Source of the DNA: Gemmatimonadota bacterium
GTDB taxonomy: Bacteria > Gemmatimonadota > Gemmatimonadetes > Gemmatimonadales > GWC2-71-9
Reading direction: 5' to 3'
Length of the DNA stretch: 15,296 bases
Assembly (NCBI GenBank): GCA_039586365.1
Contig: JBDHKN010000120.1
Span: forward strand, 1 to 15,296
The notes below the pieces were generated by a model. The model ran no database searches. It saw nothing but the letters and a program-made list of their open reading frames with translations, and was not told the DNA's origin. Position numbers and translations under genes: made by a program. Of this stretch, positions 1 to 8,816 are shown piece after piece. How positions within the stretch are numbered: the stretch's first letter is position 1; every line of letters starts with the position of its first letter.

Positions 1-702
1 CTTCGGCTTCATCAATTCTTGGAAGGGCGGGTAATCGCGCAGGGACTCGTTAGTTCCCATACCGCTCAAGCAGCGCCTGGAAGAGCGGATCGTCTCGGAT
101 CGGGTCCCAGCGAGAGGCAGCTCAATCTCAACAAGTGCCTCGTCAGCGAAGTCCGCCGCCCACATCTGCTCCACACGCGAGGTATCTAGATCATACGCAT
201 ACCAGTAATGACTCCCGTGCACATGTGACAACGGGGCGTGCGCCAGCGCAAAGCCTGGATCCATCATAAGCGCCTGCTCGTAGAGCTGTTGGGCCACCTT
301 CAGGTCCCGGCGCAGCCTTCCGGGACGGCGTCTATAATCCTCTCCTTGTAGTCACAGCCGGTACGCCTCCGCGTTCTCAGTGGGCACAGCAGCAATGGCG
401 TGCACCTCCGCCTCGCTGAGCGCCGCCCCTACAGCAGCCACCACCTGTCGTGCCACTTCGCTCTACACCGCGAACGCATCGTCGAGGGCACGGTCGTACC
501 GCTCGGCCCAGAGGTGCTCAGCCGTCGCGCCGTCAATCAACTGCACGTTAACGCGTAGGCGATTGCCCTCTACCTGAACTCTGCCATACCCGATGCTGCT
601 CACAGCCCGTTCATTGGCGATCTCGGTGAGTGGCTTCGTCGTGCCCACATAGCCCAACACGGAGGTCCGACTGATCACCCTGAGTGCTGCGACCTTGGCT
701 TG
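1..702 (-). pseudogene. Decayed TolB-like domain/TPR protein (C-terminal part of a Ser/Thr kinase- or adenylate cyclase-TolB-TPR regulator)
   Basis: Minus frame reads AKVAALRVISRTSVLGY...RLRVNVQLIDGATAEHLWAERYDRALDDAFAV*SEVARQVVAAVGAALS...PTENAEAYRL*LQGEDY...AQQLYEQALMMDPGFALAHA, the typical TolB-like + TPR pattern. In-frame stops at 463-465 (TAG) and 352-354 (TGA). No start; homology begins ~697, just after TGA at 706-708. A family-type tail RWDPIRDDPLFQALLERYGN* lies in another frame (stop 50-52). Confidence 0.85.
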
Positions 703-893
703 ATCTCACGGTCGACAAGGGATATCTCGCTGTTAACCGCAAGCGCTGTGAAGAATTCAGACCGAATCTCTACAGGACGGCGCCGGCGAAGTACTCGACC
801 TCAGAGGAGACCAGCCGGTTTTCAACAGCATAAGGCTGATCAGAACCGTCCGGCCAAGCGGTACCAGACGATAGCAGTGTCGACGCATCGTCA

Positions 894-3518
894 TCACTCC
901 TCCCTCAACGCAGCTACAGGATCCAGACGGAGCACGCTGATGCTAGGTACCAGGCACGCCAACACCGCAACAGCAAACAGGACGGCAGACGCACCGACAT
1001 ACACCGTCATGTCGGCTGGTCCTACTTCGTACAGCATGGTAGTCAGGCCGCGGGCAACCGCGAGCGCACCGGCAAACCCAACCGCGACTCCAATCACCAC
1101 GAGCCGCAATCCCTCGCCGATAACCGCTCCCACCAGACGGGTACTAGGTCCCCCCAGTGCGCGGCGCAGCGCAGTTTCGCGACGACGCAAGCTGACGTGG
1201 TAGGAGAGGACGCCAAATACCCCTGTGGCAGCCGGTATCAGAGCCAGAAGAGCCATGACTGAGAGTAGGGACGACCGGGCTCTCTCCGTGGACGTCGAAG
1301 CCCAGATCAGTTGCTCCATCGTCGCCACGCCGAGGATGGGAGCACGTGGCTCCAGCGCAGTCAGCTCTGCTCTGATCTGTGGCATGACGGCATCCAGATC
1401 GCCCGTGGCACGGACGAGCACGTACGGGGTGCGCGAACGGGGACTCTGCCGATATGCCGTGTACACGGTGGGGCTCATGCCCTCAGCGGCACCACCGGCA
1501 TAAGCAACGTCTCCGACGACCCCCACGATCGTCATCCAGGGCTTGCTGGGGTCCAAGTTGCCGCCCTTCAAGCGTCCGCCAAGCGGATCGCGATCGGGGA
1601 AATGGCGCCGCGCGAAAGCCTCGTTCACCACGACCACCTCTGGCTCCCCGTCTCTATCCGTGTGCGCAAAGCTCCGCCCGCGGAGTAGTGGGATGTCGAG
1701 CGTTGCGAAATACCTTTCGCTTACCGGGATCCATTCTGCCAGAGGTTGGTTGCCGTCCGGAGTTGGCTCCTCGCCCTCGACCACATAGTTGTTTGTCACA
1801 TTCAGCCGGTCAGGTGGGAGTGAAGAGGAATACCCCACCTCCCTTACACCTGGTAGCGCTCTCAGCCGCTCCTCGAGTGTTGCGAAGAACGAGTCCCACA
1901 CGTCTGGGCTACTGTAGGGATCACTGGGCAACGAAGGGACAAATGTTACCACCCCAACGCCGTCAATCCCGAGGTCCGCCGACTGGAGACGCACCAGGCT
2001 TTTCACCACGAGCCCCGAAACAATCAAGACGCTGGAAGCGAGAGCGAACTCGCCTACCACGAGTGCTCGGCGGACCGTGCCGCGCCTGACACCTGCCGTC
2101 CTGCCACGTCCGCCCTCACTCAGGACCTCGCTGAGTCTATACCGGGGCACGCTCAGGGCAGGAACTGCTCCCGCCACCAGTGCTGCAGCGACACCAGCGA
2201 GGAGTCCGAACGTCAGCACCCATCCGTCGATGGAAACCTCGTCCATGCGGGGAACGAAAGACGAAGCTGCGGCGCCCAGAGCCTCCACGCAGGCCCATGC
2301 CAGCGCGATGCCGAAAAGCGCGCCGAGGACACCCAGAACAGCAGATTCAGTGAGCGTCTGTCGCACCAAACGATTGCGGCTGGCGCCCAGAGCAGAGCGC
2401 AGGGCGATCTCGTGCTCTCTCACGGTCGCTCTCGCCAGCAACAAGTTGGTTACGTTTGCGACAGCAATGAGGAGTACGCACCCGACTGCCGCGAGGAGAA
2501 GAAAGAGTGTAGGACGCGCTCCTGCCACGAGGATGTCCTTGAGCGGTAGGGCAACGTATTCCCACTCGGCTGTGCTGCCGGAGTATCGTTCCTTCACCAG
2601 CCCTTCCACCATCCTCATGTGTTGCTCCAGCCGCTCTGTGCCCTTACCTCTGTCGAGTCTCGCCGCGGCTCGAATGAAGAACGGTCCACGCCTGGTCGGC
2701 TCACTGATGCGACGCAATGCCCAGATACCTCCCGGTGCCCTCCCCGGAAGCCGGAAATCTTGACTCATGACTCCGACGATGGTGTAGCGTTGACCATCCA
2801 GCTCGAGCGTCTGCCCAACAATGTCGCTTGTTCCCCCCAGATGGGAGCGCCAAAACCGGTGACTCAGCACCACCGCGAGATCGTCGACGGTCGTGAACGA
2901 TCTGCCGATGATCGGCGAGACACCGAACACATCGAAGATCCCGCTCGTGACCCACGCACCGTTTACGACCTCGGCGCCGTTCTCGGTCATCATCGTGAAA
3001 CCGTGCGTTCCCCATCCCGCAAGCGACACGGGTGCGTCGCTGGCTTCGGTCCACCGCAAGAAATCGGCGGCAGAGAGAGGTGCGGTGTACCGCCGGTTGT
3101 CGATGCGGATGAGATGGATGCGTTCGGCACTCGGGTACTGAAGCGGCTGCAGCAAAACGCCGTTCACGACGCTGAAGATTGCCGTATTAGCCCCGACACC
3201 GATCCCGAGTGAGGCAAGCGCCACCGCTGCGAAGACTGGTGTCTTTCGCAGGCTCCGCAGCGCGAACCGCACGTCCTGAATCACGTCCGCGACCCAGCGT
3301 ACGCCCGTCTCGTCGCGCACCTGCTCCTTTGTGTTCTCCACGCCCCCGAAGCGGAGCAGTGCCTGGCGCCGAGCTTCGACCACATGCATGCCCGCGGCCA
3401 CATTCCTTGCAATGTCCTGCTCGAGGTGGAATTGGATCTCTTCGTCGAGCTCCCGTTCCTCACGGCTTTTTGCGGACAGCATTTTGATCCTGTGCGCAAT
3501 TCCCCTCAACCACCGCAT
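894..3518 (-). CDS. ADOP family duplicated ABC-type permease (permease prefix domain + two MacB_PCD/FtsX modules), 874 aa
   Basis: ELDEEIQFHLE...EARRQALLRFGG, QDVRFALRSLRKTP, GIGVGANTAIFSVVNGVLL, LLIAVANVTNLLLARA...REHEIALRSALGA and C-terminal DPVAALREE are ADOP (TIGR03434-type) signatures. Start reassigned to ATG 3518 (GGAGG RBS upstream). Directly downstream of padR. Confidence 0.95.
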   Translation of the reverse strand: MRWLRGIAHRIKMLSAKSREERELDEEIQFHLEQDIARNVAAGMHVVEARRQALLRFGGVENTKEQVRDETGVRWVADVIQDVRFALRSLRKTPVFAAVALASLGIGVGANTAIFSVVNGVLLQPLQYPSAERIHLIRIDNRRYTAPLSAADFLRWTEASDAPVSLAGWGTHGFTMMTENGAEVVNGAWVTSGIFDVFGVSPIIGRSFTTVDDLAVVLSHRFWRSHLGGTSDIVGQTLELDGQRYTIVGVMSQDFRLPGRAPGGIWALRRISEPTRRGPFFIRAAARLDRGKGTERLEQHMRMVEGLVKERYSGSTAEWEYVALPLKDILVAGARPTLFLLLAAVGCVLLIAVANVTNLLLARATVREHEIALRSALGASRNRLVRQTLTESAVLGVLGALFGIALAWACVEALGAAASSFVPRMDEVSIDGWVLTFGLLAGVAAALVAGAVPALSVPRYRLSEVLSEGGRGRTAGVRRGTVRRALVVGEFALASSVLIVSGLVVKSLVRLQSADLGIDGVGVVTFVPSLPSDPYSSPDVWDSFFATLEERLRALPGVREVGYSSSLPPDRLNVTNNYVVEGEEPTPDGNQPLAEWIPVSERYFATLDIPLLRGRSFAHTDRDGEPEVVVVNEAFARRHFPDRDPLGGRLKGGNLDPSKPWMTIVGVVGDVAYAGGAAEGMSPTVYTAYRQSPRSRTPYVLVRATGDLDAVMPQIRAELTALEPRAPILGVATMEQLIWASTSTERARSSLLSVMALLALIPAATGVFGVLSYHVSLRRRETALRRALGGPSTRLVGAVIGEGLRLVVIGVAVGFAGALAVARGLTTMLYEVGPADMTVYVGASAVLFAVAVLACLVPSISVLRLDPVAALREE

Positions 3519-3546
3519 TCGCGCCTCCTGTTGCTGGAGCTTGATG

Positions 3547-3882
3547 TCACAGGGATGCACGCAGCACTTGGTTGACCGCCATTGACGTGCGGTTCCAGCT
3601 GTCGGTTTCTGCTTTGAGCTGCTTGCGACCGACAGACGCGAGCGCGTAGTACCGTGCCCGCCGTTTGTTGTCGCTCGTTCTCCACTCGGCGACTATGAAG
3701 CCCTTCCGGAGTAAACGTTGGAGAGCCGGGTAGAGAGATCCGGTCGGAACGCGCAAGACCTCGTCCGAGAACAGTTGGATCCGTTCGGCAATACCCCAGC
3801 CATGCATGGGCTCGAGCTCCAGGGTCTTCAGGATCAATAAGTCCAACGTTCCCTTGAGCAGGTCTTCTTTCCGGTCGGTCAT
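3547..3882 (-). CDS. padR: PadR family transcriptional regulator (acidobacterial type, ADOP-associated)
   Basis: LLKGTLDLLILKTLELEPMHGWGIAERIQ...GSLYPALQRL...AEWRTSDNKRRARYY matches the acidobacterial PadR subfamily (TIGR03433-type). ATG at 3882; alternative GTG at 3888. Confidence 0.95.
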   Translation of the reverse strand: MTDRKEDLLKGTLDLLILKTLELEPMHGWGIAERIQLFSDEVLRVPTGSLYPALQRLLRKGFIVAEWRTSDNKRRARYYALASVGRKQLKAETDSWNRTSMAVNQVLRASL

Positions 3883-3890
3883 TGTCACTT

Positions 3891-3930
3891 CCGTAGGGAA
3901 TCTACATGTCTTCCTGTAGAATTTCTACGG
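3891..3930. promoter_or_regulatory. Putative PadR operator: two GTAG-N5-CTAC palindromes within a 40-bp imperfect inverted repeat
   Basis: GTAGggaatCTAC (3893-3905) and GTAGaatttCTAC (3916-3928). Overall ccgtag..tctaca-N8-tgtaga..ctacgg, immediately upstream of padR and downstream of a minus-strand TTGACA (3943-3948). Confidence 0.6.
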
Positions 3931-3948
3931 GTGGCACCATGTTGTCAA
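3920..3948 (-). promoter_or_regulatory. Candidate sigma70-type promoter for padR-ADOP
   Basis: Perfect TTGACA on the minus strand (3948-3943), followed 15-17 bp later by the AT-rich TAGAAATT, which overlaps the palindromic operator. The -10 match is imperfect. Confidence 0.4.
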
Positions 3949-4144
3949 GGTTTGGGACCGATTGATGGCGGCGTCCTTCGTCATGAGGCAGAAGTGGTCC
4001 CGGAGGGCAGGGCCGGTAGACGCCCGTCGCACCGGACCAACGAATCGGGGACTCGGATGAATCCCCTCTTCGGGATCTTTCGTAGAGCTAACAGACGCCA
4101 TTCTGCTGGTGGAGCGGCTTGAAACCAACTCAAGGAGGAGTCGG

Positions 4145-4558
4145 ATGAAAGTCACCAGGAAAGCCCTCGCATCCGTTCTCGCCGCCCTTGTGGTGGCGCT
4201 AATGCTGACCCAAGTGGGGTTCGCAGCTCAGCAGCCCAGTGACAAGGTCTTCTGGATGACTATCTCAGAAGTTCCGATTGAAAAGCTGCCACAGTATCAC
4301 ACGTTGGCCGCTGAGACGATCATGCCCCTCTTTGAAGACCACGGATGTCACTGGGTTGCCTCTTGGCAGACTGTCATAGGTGACGTCGAAGAAGTTGTCT
4401 CCGTGGCGGAGTTCGAGAACATCGGGGCGTATCACCGGGCCAAAGTCAGCCTCTTGGCAAGCCCAGAATGGAAGCAATTCAGCAGCACACTTCGCCCACT
4501 GGTCAGGAGCACGAAGCAGCGGCTTCTCACCGCGACGCAGTACTCTCCGTTGCAGTAG
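4145..4558 (+). CDS. NIPSNAP family protein with N-terminal signal peptide
   Basis: AGGAGG RBS before ATG 4145. MKVTRKALASVLAALVVALMLTQVGFA is signal-like. MPLFEDHGCHWVASWQTVIGDVEEVVSVAEFEN...LLASPEW...LLTATQYSPLQ fits the NIPSNAP pattern. Confidence 0.8.
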   Translation: MKVTRKALASVLAALVVALMLTQVGFAAQQPSDKVFWMTISEVPIEKLPQYHTLAAETIMPLFEDHGCHWVASWQTVIGDVEEVVSVAEFENIGAYHRAKVSLLASPEWKQFSSTLRPLVRSTKQRLLTATQYSPLQ

Positions 4559-5045
4559 AGACCGTGGGTGACGGGCCGTGAAGTTGGCAAATCCGTGGCC
4601 CTGAGGGTCCAACGGTTCTCGGAGCTTAGTGTCTTATACACGCAGAAACACTTCAATCAGGCCCTTCGAAGCGCCTCACAAAGACATAGCGATAACGCTA
4701 TAATTGATTAGCGCCGATCCATGCTTGACCCTGGTGGACCCCCGTAGGGGCCGTCAAGATCGCTAGGTGCATCGCAAACAGGAATTTCAGCCCCTGTTAT
4801 CGCTTCTCATTCCCTCGGGCTATAGATGATAGAGAATCCGCCCGTTGCCTGCTCCATGATGACATGAAGCACAGCTATCGGGGGAGACCGCTAGACCCCC
4901 CTTGGCTAATTGGGATATTCAGGTACACCCTAACGAATATTCGCCAGCAGGTTCGGCACTCTTGTGCTGAGTGAAGCACAACGCCAAGCGCGGGGCCGGG
5001 CGGAGACACGTAATCCTCAGTCGCCCACGTTCATCCGCGGTGCAC

Positions 5046-5870
5046 CTAGAAGATGATCGCGTTGGCATAGCGGTTGCTGATTCTCTCAGTGAACTCTCCG
5101 TAGTGCCGGTTGAACAGATGTGCCACTACGATGTGCCGTGGCTTGATGTACTCGTCGATTATGGACAAGCCTTCGGGTTGATTCTCGTTCTCAAACATGG
5201 TGAAGGAGACAAAGGCGTAGTCGATGGAGTCTCGGTCCAGGCGGGCGCGCTCGAAGACCGCCGTCTGGCCAATGGGATCGACGTCCCCGGTTGTGAAGAT
5301 CCTGGTTGCACCCAGGTCGGCCATCATCGCGAGATTATCCCAGCTGTAGTCGTTGCCTGGTTCGCCGTGGCTCAGGCGAAATACCTTCATCGGAATTCCC
5401 TTCGCCTCCATCTCAACGACCTCTCCGGGCTCCGGATCCAGCGCAATCACGCGATCCTCGAATTGTCGAAACTCAGGCAGGGCAGCCAATTCGTTGCGAA
5501 CGAGCATCCCGGTGACCACCACCGCATTCGAGTTGTGCAACAGGTGACGGGACACCGACTCCCCGTGGAAGTGATCGCGGTGTGAATGGGTCACCAAGAT
5601 CAGGTCAACTTCGTTGAACGGCGGTGCTGCGGTCTCGAGCATTTCCAGCGTCTCTTCTGCAGGCCCGCTCCTGTCTCGCGTGAGCGCGTCCAATATCACC
5701 GCCCTGTCACCGGCGGAAACGAAGAAACCCGGCACAGAGAGTTGCCTCACGGTCACGGAGCTTTCCGTGTGCGCTTGCGAGTACTCGCGGCTACCTCCCA
5801 TCCCAGTGCACGAGGTTGTGCACACAGCGACCGCGAGCATCAAGCCAAACGGTCTCGCCGTATTGGTCAT
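5046..5870 (-). CDS. Exported MBL-fold (metallo-beta-lactamase superfamily) Zn-dependent hydrolase
   Basis: Motifs ILDAL, LILVTHSHRDHFH (HxHxDH), LSHG, IFTTGD and PRHIVVAHL. Start reassigned to ATG 5870 (GGAGG RBS). Hydrophobic N-terminus with Cys (possible lipoprotein). Confidence 0.88.
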   Translation of the reverse strand: MTNTARPFGLMLAVAVCTTSCTGMGGSREYSQAHTESSVTVRQLSVPGFFVSAGDRAVILDALTRDRSGPAEETLEMLETAAPPFNEVDLILVTHSHRDHFHGESVSRHLLHNSNAVVVTGMLVRNELAALPEFRQFEDRVIALDPEPGEVVEMEAKGIPMKVFRLSHGEPGNDYSWDNLAMMADLGATRIFTTGDVDPIGQTAVFERARLDRDSIDYAFVSFTMFENENQPEGLSIIDEYIKPRHIVVAHLFNRHYGEFTERISNRYANAIIF

Positions 5871-6008
5871 GGTTCCTCCAGGTGGGGAGCGAGACGTCTG
5901 TGGTGCACGATGCCGCCGGGCTCGGCTGCCCCAGCGGTGTCTGCATGCCGCAGCTAACCTCATTACGCTGTATGGCTGGAACGCGTTTCAGGTGGGAGGA
6001 ATGCCCCA

Positions 6009-6042
6009 GTCGGCGGGGCACTCGGCCGTGCTTCCCGCCGAC
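6009..6042. repeat. GC-rich hairpin between divergent genes
   Basis: GTCGGCGGG-GCAC-tcggcc-GTGC-tt-CCCGCCGAC: 9-bp perfect outer stem plus 4-bp inner stem. Confidence 0.55.
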
Positions 6043-6297
6043 GGCCCTTACTACGACCTGCGGCTGGAGAGGGCCAGACTGCGGGATTGCATAGGTTGAG
6101 GGTGCCTCTTCAGCACTCTAGAGACCAGAAAGACAATCACTCTTCTTTCACTCAAAACACGATCACTGCAATGTGTGCAACCTATGCAATTTCAAGGTCA
6201 GCTAGGGGGTGGTTCAATTCAGGAAGAAGCACGCGTCTATTGGTGGTCCACTCGGTGCACTAATAACTTGGGCATGTAGCTGACTCAGGACCGTCTA

Positions 6298-6609
6298 ATG
6301 GTGCGTGGATTCCAACTGGACTATCTCGACTTCATTGAACTGTTGTCTTCCACTCCTTGCACGAGGGCGACGGTCCAGGAGTACCTTAGGACAGGCTTTC
6401 ACGTCAAAGTCCCGAGGACCTCATACGACCTCATTTGGGAACGCCTAGAGGAACAGCTCGGCGAAGAGGAAGCGGCAGACGCCAGTCGAGTGTCATGGAC
6501 TGCATCGGAGCTAGAAATATCGATAAAGGGAGGTCGGTTTGCGAATGTGGCACAGCGGGACGTTGGAGACCTGACGCACACCTCCATCAAACTGACCGAG
6601 AATCGGTAG
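6298..6609 (+). CDS. Hypothetical protein (103 aa)
   Basis: ATG with AGGA upstream, globular-looking composition and an AT-richer upstream region. Its 3' end has a paralogous remnant at ~14699-14717, which supports it being a real gene. Confidence 0.55.
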   Translation: MVRGFQLDYLDFIELLSSTPCTRATVQEYLRTGFHVKVPRTSYDLIWERLEEQLGEEEAADASRVSWTASELEISIKGGRFANVAQRDVGDLTHTSIKLTENR

Positions 6610-6822
6610 GTGGCGACGGATACGGGGACGAGGCGCCGTAGATGGGGAATCCACTGGGCGCCCGCGTTATGCACCGAACGCCTGGCAGCGCTCGCGTCAT
6701 ACGTTAGGACACGGCGTCCGCCACTGTTTTTGGCTTTGGTGCAGGACACCGAATGAAAGCCGCACTCAACGCCCTGACACGATCCTTACGTTGCGCGAAA
6801 CCGCTGCCAACACGGCTGCATT

Positions 6823-6916
6823 GCCTAACAACAGCGGCCGGCGCCGGCAGCCAGTGTCCTTACAAGACGCATCTCTCCATAAGCAGCCGCTCAGGCAATG
6901 CTGCTGCACCGTAGGC
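6823..6916 (-). repeat. Degenerate attC-like palindrome
   Basis: Minus strand begins GCCTAC-ggtgcagc 18 bp after the aminotransferase stop and ends ggccgctgtt-GTTAGGC (perfect GTTRRRY). cagcggc/gctgctg arms pair. R-L spacers are shorter than canonical. Confidence 0.3.
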
Positions 6917-6934
6917 TCCATTGTCTCCTAGATG

Positions 6935-8266
6935 TCACATATAACCGGCCGAATGCTCTGCAATGTGCCGCACGCAGCGGAGCAATTCATCGACTTCTTC
7001 GGGCATGTTGTAGAAATGCGTCGATGCACGGCAGCCAGATGCGTTGCCTCGGCTCGATGTGCGAATGTGGATGCGGCCCAGGTCCATTATCCCCTGTCGA
7101 ACGTTGTCCATAGGGACGTCCTTGACGGAGAAGTGCGTCAGGCCGGCTCCGAGACGGGGATCCATCGACGTCTGGAGTATCACTCCGGGGATCTCCGTCA
7201 ATCCGACTCGCAGTCGTGTGGCCAGCTCGCGCACGCGGGCTTCTATGTTCGTTTTGCCGATCGTATTGTGAAACTCGACCGCCGTCTTCATGCCGAGCGC
7301 CGACGGGATGTTCCTCTGGCCACACTGCTCGTAGCGACCCGCATCCTCGTGTAGGACCCATTGCCCGTCTTCCTCATGTCCATCGGCGCCCATCAGGGGC
7401 CGGATCTGATCCTGAGTGTCATGCTTGAAGAAGGCAAAGCCGGTGCCGGTGCCGGCGAGCAGCCATTTCTGTCCGGCTGCGGCATAGTGGTCGCAGCCCA
7501 TATCGTGAAAGTCGAGCGCGATCATCCCGGCTGGGTGCGCGCCGTCCACCGAGATCAACAGATCCCTGCGGTGGGCCATCTCCGACAGCTCCTTCACCGG
7601 GGTCATGAGACCCGTGATGTAGGTGATGTGGCTCACCACGATGGCACGGGTCTTCGGCGTGATGGCTTTCTCATACAGCTCGACCACTTGCTCAGGGCTC
7701 TCGGGAACGATCGGTAGTTCGATCCGGTTGATCTTGATGCCAACGCGCCGCTCGAGCGTCTGGTAAGCACCGTAGCCACCAGGGTGTTCGTGCGTGTTCA
7801 TCAACACTTCGTCGCCAGCCTTGAAGTCGATCCCATTCGCGAAATTGTTCATCCCTTCAGTGGTGCTGCGCATGTAGGCGATCTCTTCCGGCTTGGCCCC
7901 CACGAACTCGGCCAGCACAGTCTTGTTGTCGTGCAGCTCGCTGCTCCGGTAGTTGTTGCGCGGGTCCTCAGCCAGCTCGCGCTGAACTCTCGTGTGTTCG
8001 TCGAGCACGACTCGAGGAGGCGGCCCAAACGTCCCGGTATTCATGAACGTCAAACCATCTTGGATGTTGAATTGGGAGCGGACTTTCCACCAGTAGGCCT
8101 CATCCAAGATCTCGGGTGGCTTCAAAGCGCCCAGAGGCGAAAGCGGAACTGGCTCCTGCGCGTTCACCCTGCGCGGGAGCGAAATGGCAGCGAGTCCTCC
8201 TACCGCGGCTGAGATCGAGCCACCCAAGAATTGGCGGCGGGACAATTCTGATTTCAGACTAGTCAT
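6935..8266 (-). CDS. Tat-exported aminotransferase class V-fold PLP-dependent enzyme (CefD/EgtE/PvdN-like)
   Basis: Twin-arginine signal SRRQFLGG...VNA. FMNTGTFGPPP, STTEGMN, HEHP, SHITY, VDGAH and DHYAAAGQKWL (PLP Lys), C-terminal RASTHFYN. GAGGGGG RBS. Lacks the RxGHHC catalytic-Cys motif of SufS. Confidence 0.92.
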   Translation of the reverse strand: MTSLKSELSRRQFLGGSISAAVGGLAAISLPRRVNAQEPVPLSPLGALKPPEILDEAYWWKVRSQFNIQDGLTFMNTGTFGPPPRVVLDEHTRVQRELAEDPRNNYRSSELHDNKTVLAEFVGAKPEEIAYMRSTTEGMNNFANGIDFKAGDEVLMNTHEHPGGYGAYQTLERRVGIKINRIELPIVPESPEQVVELYEKAITPKTRAIVVSHITYITGLMTPVKELSEMAHRRDLLISVDGAHPAGMIALDFHDMGCDHYAAAGQKWLLAGTGTGFAFFKHDTQDQIRPLMGADGHEEDGQWVLHEDAGRYEQCGQRNIPSALGMKTAVEFHNTIGKTNIEARVRELATRLRVGLTEIPGVILQTSMDPRLGAGLTHFSVKDVPMDNVRQGIMDLGRIHIRTSSRGNASGCRASTHFYNMPEEVDELLRCVRHIAEHSAGYM

Positions 8267-8465
8267 GATTCCCCCTCAAGTGAGCGCTAGCCTCCCGAGA
8301 TGCCAGATCCCTGGCCATCATGGGAGAATCCTAGAGAAGGCATTCGTCCCGCGATCTGTGTGGAGGAAAGAACACGCCGTAAGCGGCGAATGCCTGGTGC
8401 GAGATACAGATAACAGGGTGCAGAACACATGTCATCGGAGAATATCGACCGGAGAGAGTAGTGTA

Positions 8466-8816
8466 TCAAGAAGAGTGCAAGGGGACGCAGGCCGTGCTCA
8501 TGCCGCCACATTCGGCGCTTTTCGCTATTAGCAAAAGAGTTAGCCAACGAGTGTATTGTTTTGGCGTGACCAAGCCGAGATCACGAAACTCACGTTGCAG
8601 AGTGCGCTGATGGACGCCGATGCAGGATGCAATGTTCGCAGAGGTGATGGTCGAGGGTGCCACACCACGTGCGAGAAGAAGCAGAATATGTCGAGCAGCG
8701 CGAGTCGCCGTCGCGGCGGGGCGCAGCAACAGTTCGATCATGGTATACACGCGTTCAAGTGGAATCATCGAGATGAGGTCCCGTATATCGGCCGATAGCC
8801 ATTCAGCTCTGATCAC
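8466..8816 (-). pseudogene. AraC-family HTH regulator fragment, 5' end removed at the IS91-like oriIS junction
   Basis: ITSANIASCIGVHQRTLQREFRDLGLVTPKQYTRWLTLLLIA resembles the first AraC HTH. The ORF starts exactly at the IS end (8814-8816). After the TGA the frame continues YTTLSG, as expected for the second HTH (G-Y-x-x-x-S), suggesting a premature stop. Confidence 0.6.

Noticed and set aside
3519..3560. Upstream ATG (3560) for the permease
   Set aside because: Overlaps padR and lacks an RBS; ATG 3518 has GGAGG and matches the family N-terminus.
700..3585. Many plus-strand and alternate-frame ORFs overlapping the ADOP gene
   Set aside because: Shadow ORFs typical of high-GC DNA; Arg/Ser/Pro-rich, no motifs, and antisense to a clear gene.
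4560..5045. Intergenic hairpins (cttgac...cccc-cgta-gggg...gtcaag; ggggg...ccccc) as riboswitch, ncRNA or MerR/CsoR operator
   Set aside because: No recognisable Rfam consensus, no matching operator spacing and no adjacent 5' gene end, since the flanking genes converge.
5046..5870. Metallo-beta-lactamase resistance gene
   Set aside because: HxHxDH is shared by the whole superfamily; nothing specifically indicates subclass B1-B3.
6617..6710. GTTATGC / GTTAGGA as additional attC core sites
   Set aside because: Neither fits GTTRRRY and no proper inverse core is present; retained only as the conserved hairpin finding.
6935..8266. Cysteine desulfurase SufS/IscS
   Set aside because: No RxGHHC or GSAC catalytic-Cys loop, and it carries a Tat signal.
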